From assembly GCA_050273025.1 (NCBI GenBank), contig CP158635.1, positions 2,418,001 to 2,482,000 of the forward strand: 64,000 bases of DNA, given 5' to 3'. How positions within the stretch are numbered: position 1 is the first letter of the stretch; the number at the start of each line of letters is the position of its first letter. The position numbers and the translations under genes are program-made. This stretch comes from Cenococcum geophilum (taxonomy: Eukaryota). The notes below the pieces were generated by a model. The model saw nothing but the letters and a program-made list of their open reading frames with translations, did no database searches and was not told the DNA's origin. Positions 38,780 through 50,800 of the stretch are shown here, piece after piece.

Positions 38780-39900
38780 AGTTTACTATAAATAATTCCG
38801 TTTTAGAAACTATAAAGCTCTCCCTATTCCTAGCTAACTATAGCTAGTACCTATAAATAGGTTTTAAACTCTTTAGTAATATTCCTTACCCCGCTTATTA
38901 GGCCTTATAAGTTATAAAAGTAAATTAATTTATAGAAAAGATAGAGAAACTATAACAGTTTCTTACTACTAAGATAATATAGGCCTAATCTATCTATAAA
39001 GCTATAGTAAATAAAAACTAAACCCTAGTACTAGCCTATTAAATTAGTAACTTTGTTTAGCTAAATATAAGGAACCTAAATATAAAATAACCTGCTAAGA
39101 AACTTAGTTAAAAAACGCTAGTCTTTATAAGGTTAAGAAGGTTACTTTCTCTTACGCCTACTAACTAAAGCTTTCTAATACGGTTAAAATCTACCCTATA
39201 TTCTATACGTTAGTCGTCTACCTTACTACCCCTATATTAAATGCCCTACCTATATAAATATATGACCCTCCCCTACTAGTTAAAGTGGATAGTAAAAATA
39301 AGCACTTTATTAAAAGAATTAATAATATTAAGTATAATAAGCGGAAACGCTAATATATAGACCTTATAAAATAGAGAGGCTTTACTAAGCCCTTATAGAA
39401 ATCTATTAACTCTATAGGACTTATATAAGCTATAGAAGACTTTTATAAACTTTACTTAAAATTACTATAACCCTATCTTATAGAAGGTTAAGTTTAAAGA
39501 CGGGATACTATTATAGGATACTCCTGTAACACCTTATATATATCTACCTATTTCTACTAACTTAGTAACTAAAGACTAACTATAAGATAGTAATCTAATA
39601 GTAATCTACGGTAATCTGATAGCAATCTGCTATATTTTGCTATATTCCGCTAAGTTTTACTAAATTCTACTAAGTTCTACTAGGACTACTACCTAAATTC
39701 TATTCTACTCCATGTATGTATTAACTAAGTACTAAGCTAATAATATATACCCTTTCTTCTTATTTCTAACCTTCTTTTCTTATATAGCGTCCTAACTTTA
39801 TTATATAGTTTATATATATAGCTTAATAATATTTACCCTGCTATATATTACTGTCGCTTATACTTACTCCATAATACTTTATGCCTATTTATTATAACTA
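38780..39900 (+). mobile_element. Degraded Gypsy 3' remnant (integrase C-terminus, chromodomain, probable LTR)
   Basis: GPY/F-type region followed by IYPIFY (~39120-39210) and chromodomain-like YLIK*RGF (~39360); probable LTR ~39510-39900. Confidence 0.6.
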
Positions 39901-40012
39901 TTTATAAGTTGTCGCTTTCCGCTATATTTATATCTTTCTAAAACCTAAAGGTTAATCCTTTTGGCGTTATTATAAGTGCTATTTAAGGTAGTATCTTGTC
40001 TAACTTATTATA

Positions 40013-41973
40013 CTATAACTAGGTAATAAATATATAATAAAGCCTTATAGTAGGTAATATAGTAGACTTATTAATAAGCTAGATATATAGGTAAATAATA
40101 TTTAATAAAAGTAAATATAACTACTAGAGTGGTTGCTTAATGCACAACCTAACTCCTAAGAAAGATATTTAGTAAGTTAGTACGTTTAGTAAGTTGGTAT
40201 ATAGTACGTTAGTATGCTTATTGTATTAATTATATAAGCCCTATAACTTATTATATAACTTAGCTACCTATTATTCTATAGTTTATCTAGTTCCAGCGCC
40301 TCTTACGCTTTCACTACTAGTTTGTTTATATCCTCCCTAAGTAGCTATACTATTACTAATATAAGGTCCACACCAATTTTACTTATTATCCAATTCTTAT
40401 ATGCCTCAGAGTTCTCTTAACTAAGGTTCTTATAGCCAATAGTTTATACCGTATTTAGTGTCCTTATAAATTTAATATACGTTATTATAATAAAGGGTAA
40501 AGTATTTAATTAAATACTTCCTCGTACTTCTTAGTACTAATTACCCCTCTAGCGTACTAGTGCCCTTTACTATATTAGTACTTTGACTACTTTTAAAGTC
40601 TTTAGTATAGTGATTTTATTTACTGTAATTTATATAAGCTTCCTTTTTAATCTACTTATCTTATTCTAGAGTCCGCCTAAACGGCTTTTACTACTAAGAT
40701 CTCTAGTTTAGCCTCTACTCTTTAGTCTTTTAATTACTTAATTCTTAAACTTTAGATTTCTATAGTTTCTTATTTTACTCTCTAGATTCTTTAGCATTAC
40801 TTAGGTCTATTAACTCTAGTCCGCTATAATATAGCTTAAATACTTACTATAACGTCTTATTTGTCTATATCGTTTTAATTATATTTCTATTACCCTTATT
40901 AGCCTAGTAAAGTTAATTAATTAAGTCCTTTATAGTTTTTGCATCTTCTATAGGTATTGTTATAGTTTAGACTTTAGCTTTTAGTCCTTATCGGTATTAT
41001 ATTATTAACGCCCCTTTATTCCAATTAACCTATACTGCTAATATTTAGAACTACGTTATATAATCTATTGCTAACGCTTACTAAGTAAGTTTATACAACT
41101 TTTATGTTACTATTATTGCTAATTTTAGGTCTCCGTATATCTACGTAAGTCTATCTATAAGTCCCTTCTATATTATATGCTAAACTTTTAAATTACTAGT
41201 AGCTAACCCATTAGTTTATATCTCTATAAAGTAGGATTTACACTATTTTAAAGCCCTACCTGTTAAGAATAACTCTATATACGCGACCTAATCGGCTAGT
41301 TTAGGTAGCTTAGTTCCTTTATATCGTATCTTAAGTTTTATTTATATAAGGAACCCCTTAAGCTTTAATTTTCGCTTAAGAATAGTTTAATCAATAGTAT
41401 CTTTATCTTTATTGCTCCAAAGTCGTTAAGCTTATTCTTAAAACCTACCTAATTATCTTTATAAAATTTACTACAGAGCTAGGTTAAGCTGTCACTACTT
41501 TCCGCTATACTTATCTCCCTCTAGGACCTAAAGCTTAATACTCCTACGTTATTATAGACACTATCCTAGGTAGCATCTTGTTATTTATAATACTATAACT
41601 AAATAATAAATATATAATAAAGCTTTATAAATATACTACGGTGGACTTATTAATAGGCTAGGTATATAGGTAAATAAAATAATAAGCTTTACTATAGAGT
41701 AAGTGCCTAATAGATTAACTCTAATTATATTCTAGGATTTACTATAAGGAGAGAACTATCTTTAGTAGGGACTAAGGTCTTTTAAGTATATAACCATATG
41801 CCTAAAAAACCCCCCTTATACGTAAGATACGTAATAGTCCTTATAGCTCTTATAGAGCTTATAGAGCTCTTAATATAACCTTACTTACCACCTATTATAT
41901 AGCTCTACTAATTCTATCGTGGCCTATACTACGTCCTACAGCTTATCTAGTTCACTAAAAAGTATCCGTAATA
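40013..41973 (-). mobile_element. Gag-only LTR remnant related to family A
   Basis: gag segment 40300-41580 aligns by eye with 16600-17600; LTR-like sequence at ~41592-41973 and partial at ~40013-40290. Confidence 0.65.
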
Positions 41974-43167
41974 CTTTTATTATAAGGTCCGTAATAATAG
42001 CTACTTAGAACGGAACTTAAGGAGCTATAGGGGGTAATATAGGCTGTAATAAAACTTGTAGGACTATATAATAAGTACTAGGCGAGTTATATAATATTAT
42101 AAGCGAAGTCCACGAGGTATAACGTATATATATAAAATAAACTTAAAGGGATTTCCTAGGAGTTAGGAGTTATACTTAAAGATCTATAGTCCCTACCAGA
42201 TTTAGTTTACTCTTTATAGTAAATCTTAGAATTAATTAGAGTTAATTAATTAGGTACTTACTCTCTAGTTTAGCATAGTATATTTATTTCCTATATATTT
42301 AGCCTATTAATATAACTACCGTAGTATTTCCTATAAGCTATTGTTATACACAAGACCTTCTATATCCGATATAGATATTAATTATTAAAAAACTTCAAAT
42401 CGTAAAACGGGAGGCGAAGGAATGCGATAATAGCGATAACGACGATAATGGTAAGGAGCTTCTAGCTAAGGTTACTTATATATATAACTTTTATTAATAG
42501 TATTAACTTCCTTACCACCATATCTAAAGTAACGATAGACTGTTTAGCTACCTTTAGTAAGAGGAATTTAAACGTTGTAAGTGTATATAAGAGGACTATA
42601 GCTTTAAAATATACTACGGCGATAATAAGAAACATATTACTAAGGATATTAATAATAATCCTTTTGCTCCCTAACAAACGCGACTTAAGATAAGAGAGGC
42701 TTTAGAAACCATTAAGGATTAGTTTTACTAGATTAAGGAGAAGACCACTTAATTAGAGCCCGATATACGGGAGAAGTTAATAAACTAATAGCTATTAAAG
42801 CTCAATTAAGCCGCTAGTAAAGCGTGGCAATAGGACGTTAAGGAGTTTATTAAGGAAATCGGTAGGAATATACGAGTGAGCAATATAGAATACCAGAATA
42901 TCTGTATACAAACTGGATCTTATATATTAAAAGAACTTTATTTTTGACCATGCGCTGTGGATGTTAGGGAGATGGACGTGCAAAGCACGTTCTCCAATAA
43001 TTAGTATGGGCGTCCCATAGTAAACATCGGAGATGGAGCTTTCCGACACCACCGACGATGGCCCGCGCAGGCACTATTATGTAAGTAATACCGCTTAATC
43101 GAATTTTCGCAGCACTTTCGAGTCACTCTTTTCCTTACAAGCGCCCACACCTTCAACAATCTCTATC

Positions 43168-44625
43168 ATGGCTCCATCAACCCCTCCAATCGGCGGGATT
43201 GCTCAACTCGCTGTGGGTAAGCACCGAAAGTCCCTCAATCTTAGCAGAGCAGCTTCTACATACGATCCCATGAATGTACAAGATCCAATAAAGCCGGCAA
43301 TCCGCCAGCGCATCGCATCCCTTGAGAAGACCCATCAGGATTTTTTAGAAGAGGACAAGAAAAGAAAACGAGACATTTCGGACTCTTCAGTTGAGTCTAT
43401 TTGCGACCGTTACGTCAAACAGAAGCAGAGTAAAATAAGCCCCGATGCACTCGACAAGTTGTACATGGAGAAGATCCAGAGCCGTATTAGTGCCCGAATA
43501 CGCCTCACTGAGTCCCACCTGGGATACCGAAACCTCGAGCTGCAACATCTACTAGACGCCCGGAAGAGCGGTGCGTTAAAGTACCCTGAATTCGCCCAGA
43601 GTCGAGACCTTCTCGAGGGGCAAATCCGGCATATGCGCTTAGAACTAATAGGACTAAAGCGTCAAGAGGGCGTTCTTAGGGGCAAACTCTGGGATTCTCG
43701 TCATTTCATTCAAGAGCAAAACGATGTGGATGTGGCCGTGGATCAACTAATGGATAACATCATCCGCACATATAGTATTACTCCAGCAGCTCCGACTAGC
43801 TATCCGGAATACCACAAACCGCAGAACAAGCGCGACGGTCATCAGTCCCAGTTTAGACAAGCGCTGATCAAATTTTACAACGCTCCAGATCCTGATAATG
43901 CAACAGTCAGCGTACCGGATGACTATTGTTACTGGTGTCCTATCTCCCACCAATACTTTAGGAGCCAGTCTATAACAGCGGCACATATCGTGCCATTTGC
44001 TATCGGAGAAACCAATTGCAATTACCTCTTTCCTGACGACGATATGAGTCCAACAGGTCACCTTATGCATCCGGGAAATGGTCTCCTAATGCATTCTTCT
44101 CTCGAACAGGCTATGGACAAAGCACGCATCGCCATAGTTCCTGCCGATGAAATGAACCCGAGCGCACGCGATCTTAAGGTTGTGGTCTTTGATCGGACTA
44201 TTATTAAATCTAGGGATAGTGGCTTGGGCATTCCATGGGCTAAGCTTGATGGACTCCGATTAGAGTTTAAGAATGACAACCGGCCTAGACTCCGGTACCT
44301 CTACCTCACCTTCCTAATGAGCCTGTTTCGCCGCCGAAGATTTGAATGCACCGGTTGGAGGAGTGACTTGGCACGATATGCAAGTGGGAAAATGTGGGCT
44401 TCTCCTGGGAATTGGGTTCGGGGGTCGAGTATTAGAGTAATCGCACGTCGTGTTGCCTATGAAACTCATCTCGAAGCCTTCGTGGGTACTCACGACTTGC
44501 CGTTGCAACCAAGGACGATAGATGAACGAGATGATGAAGTTATGGCGGATGAGGTCATGGAATCGTATGAAGCCAAAGTTTTAGGAAGCTTGAAAGAGCA
44601 GGAAGTGAATGACGAGGAGGATTGA
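43168..44625 (+). CDS. Intact intronless 485-aa protein: N-terminal coiled coil + HNH-type (HNH_2-like) endonuclease domain + acidic tail
   Basis: Only long ORF in the window; normal GC and CpA content (no RIP). Motif WCPIS..ITAAHIVP...NGLLM..LEQAMD followed by L.F.ND.RPRLRYLY, typical of fungal HNH nuclease-domain proteins. Confidence 0.85.
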   Translation: MAPSTPPIGGIAQLAVGKHRKSLNLSRAASTYDPMNVQDPIKPAIRQRIASLEKTHQDFLEEDKKRKRDISDSSVESICDRYVKQKQSKISPDALDKLYMEKIQSRISARIRLTESHLGYRNLELQHLLDARKSGALKYPEFAQSRDLLEGQIRHMRLELIGLKRQEGVLRGKLWDSRHFIQEQNDVDVAVDQLMDNIIRTYSITPAAPTSYPEYHKPQNKRDGHQSQFRQALIKFYNAPDPDNATVSVPDDYCYWCPISHQYFRSQSITAAHIVPFAIGETNCNYLFPDDDMSPTGHLMHPGNGLLMHSSLEQAMDKARIAIVPADEMNPSARDLKVVVFDRTIIKSRDSGLGIPWAKLDGLRLEFKNDNRPRLRYLYLTFLMSLFRRRRFECTGWRSDLARYASGKMWASPGNWVRGSSIRVIARRVAYETHLEAFVGTHDLPLQPRTIDERDDEVMADEVMESYEAKVLGSLKEQEVNDEED

Positions 44626-46965
44626 TGGATATGGCGTGGCGCGTTGAATTGACGTTATGTATAAAGCCGAGTGGCGAGTAGAGTACCTTGGTCTCTTGTG
44701 CAATACCATAGCGGAGGAGCCAATACGTTAATAAGGAAAGCCTTAATGCATGCGTTTCGATAAATGTGAGGACTTTTGTTTAACATTATAGCCTGCTTTT
44801 AACCTCCAAGATCCTCTTGTTTAGTGTGGCCTACTTGCGGATAAGATTGACAAATTGAAACACCTATTAGATTTTTCTTGCGCAAATGATTTATCCAAGT
44901 ACTATAATATTAACGAATTAACAAAGGCCTTTATTATAACAAATAGACCCGTTCTCTAAAGCTAACTACGCTTTACGTCTAACACTCTATAATCTCAATA
45001 TATACTTTAAAATATAATACTCTTAAAAAGTATGAAAATCTTATATACAACACTATAGACCTTAATATTACCTAATTCTATATACTCTTAAGAACTAATA
45101 AACGAAGGACTTAAGCCGTAAATTGTTATATAAGCTTATAGGAAATACTACAATGGCTTAGTAAATAGGCTAGGTATATAGGAAACAATAACTAATAAGA
45201 ATGACTCCAATTATATTCTAAATTTTGCTATAAAAAGAAAGCTATTTACTATAAGGACTATAGGTCCTTTTTTATATTTTTATATCTATTATATAATACT
45301 ATATATAATACTATATATAGGCCATAGGCTATAGCGCTATAGTTTTATATATATAAATCCTTTTTAAATACCTTAATATTTATTAGTAGCTATATACTAG
45401 TAGTTTATAAACCTTTAAGCTAGTATTAGGTAAAACCTAAGTAGATAGTTATATAGCTATAAGGTATAGACGACCCGTATATAACTTGCCTATAAGGTAC
45501 GTACACTATATATATATAAGGAAAATTCTTCCTTACTTTATATCTTAGACATCTCCTTTTCCTTTAAGGATTTCTCTATTTATATAATATACCCTATTAT
45601 TCTATTAATTGGACTTACTATTTAAATCCTAACCTAATATTTAAATCCTTATTAATCTCCTTAAAAGGGTAACCGGTTTAATTTTTCTATAATGCCTATA
45701 CTTAATAGTAATACGCTAGCAATTTAACTGTAAAACGCCTTAGGATTTAGCGTAGATAAAACCGCTAAAAGTATACTAGTATAATTTAAGCTATAGACTA
45801 AACCTTAAAACGATTAAATATCTATAAACGTTATAAACTAGTTTAACTTATATACCTAGGACTAATAGAACATCGGCAAAATATAGTACCCTACTAATAG
45901 CCTCAATGGTTAGTGGTTGACGTAATTAGCGCGCAGTTAAGGGCATTTAGCAACTCGACCAACTAGCCTATATCGTGTTTTTTTAACACGTAGCCTACGC
46001 GTAGCCTACGCGTAATCTACGTATAACCTGCGCACAACCTATACGCAACCTACAACTATAATTATATTTAGAGCCACCTACCTCTTTTATACTAATAGTA
46101 TATTTTAGGTAATAAATAAAGGCTACTTTAAAGCTATTTATAAGGCTAGTAAGGCAAATTATATATACTTCCTTATATAATCCATTATATTATTTTAGAT
46201 AATTTAATATAATATCCCAACTATTTTATAATATATTTTAAAAGCATAAAACCTTTCCTACTCTCTTTATAATAATAATAATATACTATAAGTATATAGC
46301 TTTACTAGTATAGTATATACATATAGCCAAAAAGCAGCTATTAAGAGTAGTAGATATAGGCTAAAAGAAAGGTAAATTAAAAGCTAGTATATATAATAAA
46401 GAAGCTGTAAATATCCTATAGGAGAGTATAGAAAGTCCTACACCTAATCTTTTACTAAAAACTCTACTAGCTCCTCTATACTAGAGTCTAGAGCATATAT
46501 TATAAACTTTATATACTACTCCTTATTTTTAATTAAATTAAGTATTACTTTCCTATTACTATACTAGCTATAGCTATCCTCCATAAGGCTATAGTACTGC
46601 TTAAATTATATAAATAACTTATTAGATTTAAACCTTTCTAGCCTAGGCTTACTAGTTCCTATATTTAGGATAAAGTAATATACTAGGGCGGAGGATATAT
46701 ATTCTACTAAATTTAATAAACTTAGCTAGTTCTAAAAGTTAAATTAGTAAATATTATAGTAGTAGTAGGGCCCTAGATTTTCTAGCTTACTCTAGAGCTC
46801 TCCCTTTATAACGGACTTAGCGAACTAGTCTAGCCTACTCTAGGGCTCTCTATTTAAGATAGACTTAGTAAACTAGTCTAGCCTACTTTAGAGCTCTCCC
46901 TTTAATATAGGCTTAGTAGATTAGATAGTATAGCCCAGCTTACTAATAAATAGCCTAAGTTAATA

Positions 46966-47038
46966 ATCGCGTTAGTTTTGTTATCGCGTTAGTTTTGTTA
47001 TCGCGTTAGTTTTGTTATCGCGTTAGTTTTGTTATCGC
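46966..47038. repeat. 17-bp minisatellite (ATCGCGTTAGTTTTGTT) x~4.3
   Basis: ATCGC recurs at 46966, 46983, 47000, 47017 and 47034. Confidence 0.9.
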
Positions 47039-47811
47039 TAAGGCTTATAAGAAACCTTTCTCTTATATTATTGCTTAGATCTACTATAAGGTTATTAAGG
47101 TTATCTTTATACGGGTCCTTAATAATTTCTATAGTTAATTAATTTAGTATTAGGCCTATAGTATATTTAATAACTATAGGCTAAAGCCGCAGCCAGATTC
47201 TAAATTGCTATTTTTTAGATATCTAGTTCTAGCCGCCTAAGAGGTTAGCATAGGCTTCTATAATAGGTTAGAGAATAATAATATGTAGTAAAATATTAGA
47301 TATATACTAACCGCTAATAATAGTACTATAAAAGTTATCTATTCCCTTAGACCTAGTTTTATACTCCCTAATTATATAATATATTGCTATTAAAATAAAA
47401 GTAATAGTATTACTAATAAACTTTTAAAATATATTATAAGAGTAGGGTAATTAGGTAAGGCCATTTCTTCTTTTACTATAAAATATACTAGGTATACTAG
47501 TAACTATCGCGTTAGAATAGAGGTGGTTATTTCTTAGCTATTAACTTTTATTAGTATTTTACTAAATAATATAGGCAAAATACCTTTATATAATCTAGCG
47601 CAATAAAATTATAATTAGTTAGTAGTTATATAATTAGTTTAGACGCGTTATTAAACCCTAGCCTATATACCTCCCTTATAACTATATAAGCCTTTATAAT
47701 TATATAGTTCCTAAAGTTCCCTATTACGTTAAATAGCTATATATATTATTAATATTATTAATATTATTAATAGATAATTTAATATCATATTTCTAGTATA
47801 TAAATATTTTA

Positions 47812-50800
47812 TATAACGGAACCTTATAGCAAAAACTACAATGGGTCCTGTTATTGGGCTAGGTGTATAAGAAATGCAAATAATAGTAGTCGACAATGTA
47901 ATAATAACTAGTGGAGTAGTTGCCTAATAAATTAACTTTAATTGTATTCTAAGAATTACTATAAGGAAGGAACTATCTAGGTAGGGACTAAGGGTCCTTA
48001 AATACACAACCGTACTCCTATAAAATCCTTCTTATACATAATATATATCTTATATATAAGGTATATAAGTTCCTCTCATTCCTCTCGTTTAATATATAGC
48101 ATATTATATAACCTTAGCTACTATTCCTTATTATATAGTTCTACTAGTTCTATCCTAGACTGTACTTAAATTAACTAACTAGCTTCTTCTAACTCTTCTT
48201 TAAGTAGTTATAATATTATACTTAAAGCGTCCATAATACTATCTCCCTCCTCTTTATCTTTGTCCTTAAAGATTTAAAATATCTCTAAGTTGTTTACTAG
48301 AGGTATAATATCTATTTAATTAATTTAGTTAATATTGTTGCTTATTATACCTAAAGCAATTTCTTCTTTATACGCCCAACGTCGTGCTTATACTATTGCT
48401 GCAATATTATCTCTTAGTAAGATTATACCGTCTCTATATTCTTGTTATTTAAAAGAGGGGTTAGTTTATATTGCGTTAGCGAACCCATTTTCGCAATAAC
48501 CGTCCTCTTACTTAGAGTGCACTAAAGCGAATATTTATTTATCCTATAATGTTTGCTTTACTTCTAATACTAAATATACGTAACCTATTACTCTTAATAG
48601 TCGTCTAGTTCCCTAATTAATTTGTCTTAGGGTCTTATGTTTAATCTACTACTATATAGCTAAATAGTAAACTGTCTTAAGCCCTTACTAAGTTAGAATG
48701 TTCTTATAATGCGGAATAGAAGGCCCTAAACGCTTATATTACAGCGTCTGCTTAACTATTTCGTCTTAAGAAGGTTTGTAAGAAGGTCTGTTTTAAGAAG
48801 TAGAAACTTATAAAATAAGGTTTATAGGAACTTAGTAATAAAAGAATGGATTCTCTTTTAATAGAGAAGGAAATAAATCCAAGTAGCTCGGCAACTGCTC
48901 TTCTTAGGTCCCCCTTAGGTGACTTATTCTTTAACGATCCTTTTTTATTAATACTACCTAACCTAATCTCTTCTAATACTCTTATACCTTTTTTATAGCA
49001 TTCTTTAGATTCTCTAGTAGCTCTTAGGTAGTCTTAGTGTAGCCTATCCACTTAACCTTATACTATATTTTATCGTTAATATTTTTATAACTAATAATCT
49101 TTAAAACTTACTATTTGTCTTCTTCCTATCCTCTATATATGTCTACTTTATAGACCGGTGGCTTAATATTTCTATATACTAGCTCTAGCATTATAATATA
49201 CTATATAGGGTAGATCTTTATTTTAGCTAGTAGGTTTAACTTAAATATAACCGGTAAAATCCTTTATATAATTTTAAAAGGTCCTAGTCTAATATAGTTT
49301 AACTTCTTACTTAGTCGTTAACTCTTAAAATTTTTGTATAGTAGCCATACTTTATCTCCCTCTTTAAGATCTAGTCCCTTAGATCTCTTAGTATTATAGT
49401 ACCTTTTTATTCTCTCTTATACTTTCTTTACTAATTCTATAAGGTTTATATAAAGATTTATTAATATCTTTATTCTTTCTTTAGCTATGCTACTCGTTTT
49501 CTTCGCTTACTATAGTAATAATAATATTCTTAGCTTATATCTATAATTTGCCTTAAATAGTAATATACCTATTCCTTCTTAAGGTATTATATTATATATA
49601 AACTATATAATTAGTAATAGCGATACCTAATTATTCTATATATAATTAATATAATACCTTAGATACTACTCTAGTATTTAATTTAGTCTTTCTATTTAAC
49701 CGTCTGTCTGTAAATAATATGCGGTAAAAGTTACTGCTTAAACTTTTTGCTTTACTAAGAATACTTTCTAAAATACTACTATAAATCTTAGATCTCTGTC
49801 TAATATAATCTTACTTAGTACTCTATATTTTATAAATACTTCTTTAATATAGATTCTAGCAATATCTTTTACTAAGATTTCTTCTATATATACTATAAAG
49901 TATCCCTACTTTATAAGCTTATCTACTATTACTAAAATTACGTTATAATCTTATCCGGTAATAGGATCTTTTAACTTTAGTAACTTTATAATAAAGTCCT
50001 ATAATATAACCTCCCATAGTCTTTCTAGTGTTTTAATAGGTTGTAGCCCTCTATATAGCTTATGCCTTATTAGTTTATTCCTTTAGCAATCTAAACACTC
50101 TTTTATTACTTTTCTTACGATATTCCAGATTCTATTAATAATGTATTCTTCCTAAAGTCTTAACACTAAGCCTATAGCTCCATTATATCCTTAGGTTAAT
50201 CCCTTATAAAATTCTTCTATAAATTGCTCCGCTATACTTCTTAGGATATACTTTACTTCTCAGTTTTCGTATATATTTGTTTATGGATCTTCTAGCTATA
50301 CTTTTAGAATTCTTTATACCTAAAAGCTCTCTAGTATCTTATAGACTTTTTTTAGTTCTTCCTAAGTTGCTATATTTTTTGGATAATTATACCTAATTAA
50401 TCCGTCTGTGTCTTTTTACAGTAAAGCCCCTAATAGCTTTTTATTATCTTATAGTTTAGCCTTTTATCTTAGAGCGTCTGCTTACGTATTATCTATACCC
50501 TTAGTATATTAAATCTCGAAATAGTATTCTATAAGCATCTCTACCCATTTAACCTATCTTTAGTTAAGTTCCTTTGTTATTAGGAATCCTATTAGGTTTT
50601 TATAATCTATCTTAACTATAAATAGTTTCTTTATACCTTGTAAGAATGCTCTCTATTTCTTTAATACTATAACTATACCTAATAACTCTTTATTATAGAT
50701 ATTATAGTTTAACTCTAGTAGTGTTATCTTCCAACTATAATATACCACTAGGTGCTATCTATTTTAATATCTCTATATAAAGCACGCCCCTAGTATATAG

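Noticed and set aside
43747..44508. Three antisense ORFs inside the HNH gene
   Set aside because: Shadow ORFs of the 485-aa sense gene with no recognisable motifs.
46966..47038. CRISPR-like array
   Set aside because: Contiguous 17-bp repeats with no spacers, in a eukaryotic context.
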